Positions 61,580-64,000 of a stretch of DNA of 64,000 nucleotides are shown here, piece by piece. Source of the stretch: Gammaproteobacteria bacterium (GTDB taxonomy: Bacteria; Pseudomonadota; Gammaproteobacteria; Steroidobacterales; GCA-2729495). Position 1 is the stretch's first letter; every line of letters starts with the position of its first letter. The position numbers were made by a program, and so were the translations under genes. Under the pieces are notes generated by a model that was given only the letters and a program-made list of their open reading frames with translations, had not been told where the DNA came from and ran no database searches. The stretch lies in NCBI GenBank assembly GCA_030426355.1, contig JAUHYQ010000007.1, forward strand, positions 62,309 to 126,308, given 5' to 3'.

Positions 61580-61975
61580 GCCATTTTGCGAGATTCCCCA
61601 AATAATGTCGACTAAGCCTATTGGTACAAAAATTGAAACCGCGGTAAGCACAAAAAAGTAGCAGCGATCCCAAAACAAACCGCTTCCAAAATTGAACACC
61701 ACATCCCTTGGCATGTGGCCTATATAGCGCCGGAAAAACCGAGCTAACAAAATAGCAAATAGAAATTGAGCCAGAGGCGAACAGTAAAATATAACTTCGC
61801 CCGGATGAAGCGCGCCGGCATCCAAACGGACCAGCCCACTTATAGCGGAGAAAGTGGCAAGCCCTCCAAACAGTATTAAGCCGCGACTATCGCCAATGAG
61901 AAAATTGTGGGCTGGCGGAAACAGCATGTATGAACCGGGGAATACAAGAGGGATAAATATGGGATCGAATTTCAA
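61574..61975 (-). CDS. cassette ORF: 133-aa membrane protein
   Basis: The TTG at 61975 is preceded by GGAG at -9, and the stop lies inside the attC F core. 4 TM segments. Confidence 0.45.
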   Translation of the reverse strand: MKFDPIFIPLVFPGSYMLFPPAHNFLIGDSRGLILFGGLATFSAISGLVRLDAGALHPGEVIFYCSPLAQFLFAILLARFFRRYIGHMPRDVVFNFGSGLFWDRCYFFVLTAVSIFVPIGLVDIIWGISQNGT

Positions 61976-61990
61976 CGAATTCGCTCCGGC

Positions 61991-62116
61991 ACATAACGCC
62001 TTGGGCAGAGGCGCGGCGAAAGCGGCGCGGTCGCTGCAGACTGTCCAGCGCAGAGGACGCGCCGCTTTTGGCGCGTCCGGCGACCGAAGGGAGCGAATTG
62101 CCCCAACTGGTTAGGT
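61991..62116 (-). repeat. attC-like site G (126 nt, long variable region)
   Basis: ACATAAC-GCC-TTGGGCA ... TTGCCCCAA-CTG-GTTAGGT. It has the same R/L boxes as the others and a 45-nt longer GC-rich centre. Confidence 0.75.
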
Positions 62117-62137
62117 GTCATAACCTTTTCACCTAAG

Positions 62138-62572
62138 CTAGTGTGATCGGATCTCTTGCGATACTTCGCCATTTTCAATCCACGCATACACTACTGCGCC
62201 TTTACCAGCCACAAGCGGGGCTGATTTGTCACTGTCGCAATTCAGATAGTCTACCAACAACGAATACGAGACTTCATCCCCATCAAATACGGGCACATAG
62301 ATTTCCGGGCCTTTCTGTGCGATTTCACCGTCTGCCCTGGAAAAGACCATAGGTTTATCGACCGTTAGTTGATATTCGCCAAAATTCACCTGCGCAGCTG
62401 ACACGACACAGTTCGACCGATTGAATATCCTCACATATACACGATCGGGATCAACTACTGTATCAATTAAGATTGCCAATCCCACCGCGAACGCGGTTGC
62501 TACAAATGCGACCGCAATTGAGATGACAAGTACGCGTCCCAAAAAGGCCAGAACGCTTTGTATATTGGCCAT
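62138..62572 (-). CDS. first cassette ORF: 144-aa N-terminally anchored protein
   Basis: The ATG at 62572 gives MANIQSVLAFLGRVLVISIAVAFVATAFAVGLAILI. The track ORF to 62641 crosses the cassette boundary. Confidence 0.45.
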   Translation of the reverse strand: MANIQSVLAFLGRVLVISIAVAFVATAFAVGLAILIDTVVDPDRVYVRIFNRSNCVVSAAQVNFGEYQLTVDKPMVFSRADGEIAQKGPEIYVPVFDGDEVSYSLLVDYLNCDSDKSAPLVAGKGAVVYAWIENGEVSQEIRSH

Positions 62573-62575
62573 TAC

Positions 62576-62582
62576 ACCTAAC
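62576..62582 (-). repeat. orphan core site (GTTAGGT on the minus strand) marking the array boundary
   Basis: ACCTAAC is complementary to the right end of attC G, but no attC body follows it. Confidence 0.6.
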
Positions 62583-62800
62583 AGCTTATTAATGTGAAAC
62601 GGATATTGATCTTGGAATAGCACAAAGCAATAGGCCCCCAAAAGCCGTGATCATTACCAACTAAACTACTAACAGCGTTGAACACGGTCAATGTGCCTGA
62701 GAACAATAGACCGCAACTGAAGCCAGAGTATTTGTTCCTTATTTGGTGGTTTTCTGAAAATGCCAGCTGGGCGGGGTTTGATAAATAGTTATCAATCGCC

Positions 62801-63406
62801 TCAGGCTTCCTTTCGTTTCATCCAGCCCAAACCGAGCAGAGCCGAGCCAAACAGCCATGCGGCGGCGGGGATGGGGACGACAGTCGAATAGGTCCAGACA
62901 CCCGGAGACGCTATTACAGAGGCGCCATCCTGGCTGGAGAGTTTGCACCCGCCCGTGGGCCACTCCTCTATGCATTCCGAAATGCCCACGATATCGAAAA
63001 TATTGTCGGTGCTAATTTGCATACTCTGATCGCCCACCGCCGCATAGCCGCCGGTGTCGGCCATTGCTGTAAAAGTCCAGGTGATAATGTCGCCGGAAGC
63101 ATTGATAGCGAAGCTGGCATTGACCAAAGTCGAATTCAAATGCGTGAGGTTGGTGCGTCCATCAAACAATGTGTACTCCAGAATCGAGGCGCTAATGTCT
63201 GTCACTGGCATTGGGGTGAGAGCATCGGCCACCAGAAAACTGCCGCTAATGCTCATGGATGTATCGTAGGCGCCAGCCGGCACCGATGGATCGCTTACGG
63301 AAGTGAAATTATTGCCGGTGTATTGATAGAGGGTCGCCGCGCTCACCGGAGCAATGATGCCGAACGCTGCGATCATCGCCACCGCGGCCATAAATAGAGT
63401 TCTCAT
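62801..63406 (-). CDS. secreted protein with a VPLPA/PEP-CTERM-type C-terminal sorting signal
   Basis: The ATG at 63406 follows GGGGGA. Signal peptide MRTLFMAAVAMIAAFGIIAPVSA. The C-terminus is VPIPAAAWLFGSALLGLGWMKRKEA. Confidence 0.7.
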   Translation of the reverse strand: MRTLFMAAVAMIAAFGIIAPVSAATLYQYTGNNFTSVSDPSVPAGAYDTSMSISGSFLVADALTPMPVTDISASILEYTLFDGRTNLTHLNSTLVNASFAINASGDIITWTFTAMADTGGYAAVGDQSMQISTDNIFDIVGISECIEEWPTGGCKLSSQDGASVIASPGVWTYSTVVPIPAAAWLFGSALLGLGWMKRKEA

Positions 63407-63797
63407 AGAATCCCCCAAACATTAATTGTTGTTATCGGCGTAAGCCGGATTCCTCAATCCGATCCTGATCGCTCACTGGTACTGAACGCTCAAGCAAACG
63501 CGACAACTATTGTGATGGGATAAAAATACGCTCCGAGAACCGAAATAACAAACCAAATATCGGAATTCCGAGAATTTCAGCGCATGGCTGCGCAAACCGC
63601 CATTGAAACGGTCCCAACGAATGCAGGTGCGTCACTCACGAAGCCAGGAACGATGGCCGATGACCAAAGCCTGAGTGCTGGTTCTCATGAATCGCGGCCT
63701 TGATGTGTGAGGTGCCTCACAGTCACAAGCCCGCCGGAACGGCAAAATTCCTGTGTTTGACATAAAGCCGCCGGTGGGTCCGGTAAGGGAGGCTTCG

Positions 63798-64000
63798 ATG
63801 GAGACCAAGCGCATCAACTGGCTTTCACTATTAGCATTTTTTGTCCCGCTGCTCGCTTTTTCCGAGGTGGCTTCTGGCAGCTCTCCTCTGGCAATTCCAG
63901 ACGGCAAGCGCGCGTCGGCTCCGGTAACAGAGCAGCCCATTGTGGAAGTCGATTTTGCTGAAGCGCACCAGTTCTTGAGCAGCCGTCGCGACTCCGACTG
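63798..64000 (+). CDS. 5' end of a secreted-protein gene running off the window
   Basis: GGGAGG lies 7 nt upstream of the ATG. METKRINWLSLLAFFVPLLAFSEVASG. The frame is open to the window end and the ORF is absent from the track. Confidence 0.5.
   Translation, partial: METKRINWLSLLAFFVPLLAFSEVASGSSPLAIPDGKRASAPVTEQPIVEVDFAEAHQFLSSRRDSD

Larger units (their letters stand above)
58456..62582 (-). mobile_element. integron-type gene-cassette array without an in-window integrase (CALIN-like): 8 attC sites, 8 cassettes
   Basis: Eight imperfect-palindrome repeats, each bounded by xxxxAAC-GCC ... CTG-GTTxxxx. The 9-11 nt on the two sides of every intervening ORF are exact reverse complements. All ORFs are on the minus strand with attC immediately 3'. 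Confidence 0.8.

Noticed and set aside
58456-62116. Regularly spaced repeats could be read as a CRISPR array
   Set aside because: - The repeats are 81-126 nt imperfect palindromes with variable 7-nt ends.
- The 'spacers' are 230-750 nt, each containing an ORF.
- No cas genes are present.
- CRISPR repeats are 24-48 nt, with spacers of similar size.
58456-62116. The repeats could be REP/BIME-type intergenic palindromes or simple terminators
   Set aside because: - Ordinary REPs would not make the sequences on the two sides of each ORF exact reverse complements over 9-11 nt while the two ends of the same repeat differ.
- That pattern is specific to cassette excision and insertion at G|TT.
- The repeats also occur nowhere else in the other 57 kb.
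62583-62800. Possible attI site or a ninth, divergent attC to the right of the orphan core
   Set aside because: - I found no sequence able to pair with ACCTAAC-AGC-TTATTAATG, and no second core whose complement flanks the next ORF.
- With no adjacent intI, calling an attI would be a guess.
63632-63940. 102-aa minus-strand ORF
   Set aside because: - It overlaps, in antisense, a plus-strand ORF with a strong GGGAGG RBS and a signal peptide (63798 onward).
- It has no RBS or recognisable features of its own.

Overview
This is a 64-kb chromosomal segment from a fairly high-GC gammaproteobacterium. The gene order (zapA-ssrS-ygfA, ygfB-pepP-ubiH-ubiI, rplM-rpsI) resembles Pseudomonas and marine Cellvibrionales-like genomes.

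Positions 1 to about 57.4 kb look like ordinary core genome:
- Purine, pentose and translation genes: purE, purC, rpe, rpiA, rplM, rpsI, tRNA-Gln.
- Ubiquinone genes: coq7, ubiH, ubiI.
- A tandem glycine riboswitch ahead of gcvT-gcvH-gcvPA-gcvPB plus a PfkB kinase.
- A 935-aa Nma111-like double HtrA/PDZ protease.
- A GGDEF(degenerate)-EAL protein.
- An MMPL/RND exporter and an ABCB-type exporter.
- Monomeric isocitrate dehydrogenase.
- A J-domain/zinc-ribbon/PilZ fusion.
- A cueR-copA-copZ copper operon.
- fdxA.
- A TetR plus RND efflux pair.
- A small FAD-monooxygenase / Asp-Glu-racemase-like / aldehyde-dehydrogenase operon.
- Several hydrolases.

The last ~6.5 kb is different. A 3' fragment of a tRNA(CAU) gene at 57547-57593 is followed by a block that looks more AT-rich by eye. 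In this block eight imperfect-palindrome repeats (seven of 81 nt, one of 126 nt) alternate with short minus-strand cassettes, seven carrying one ORF and one a two-gene toxin-antitoxin pair. The 9-11 nt flanking each ORF are exact reverse complements of each other (GTTRRRY ... RYYYAAC), while each repeat's own two ends need not match. That pattern is the signature of integron attC sites and gene cassettes. No integron integrase or attI is visible in the window, so I call it a CALIN-like cassette array.

The cassettes carry a HigB/HigA-like toxin-antitoxin pair with its own promoter and operator, a DUF1059 protein, an Abi-alpha (DUF4393) abortive-infection-like protein, and four small membrane or lipoprotein ORFs with no recognisable family.

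No rRNA, CRISPR array, transposase or IS element was seen. All similarity calls come from motif recognition by eye; no searches were run.
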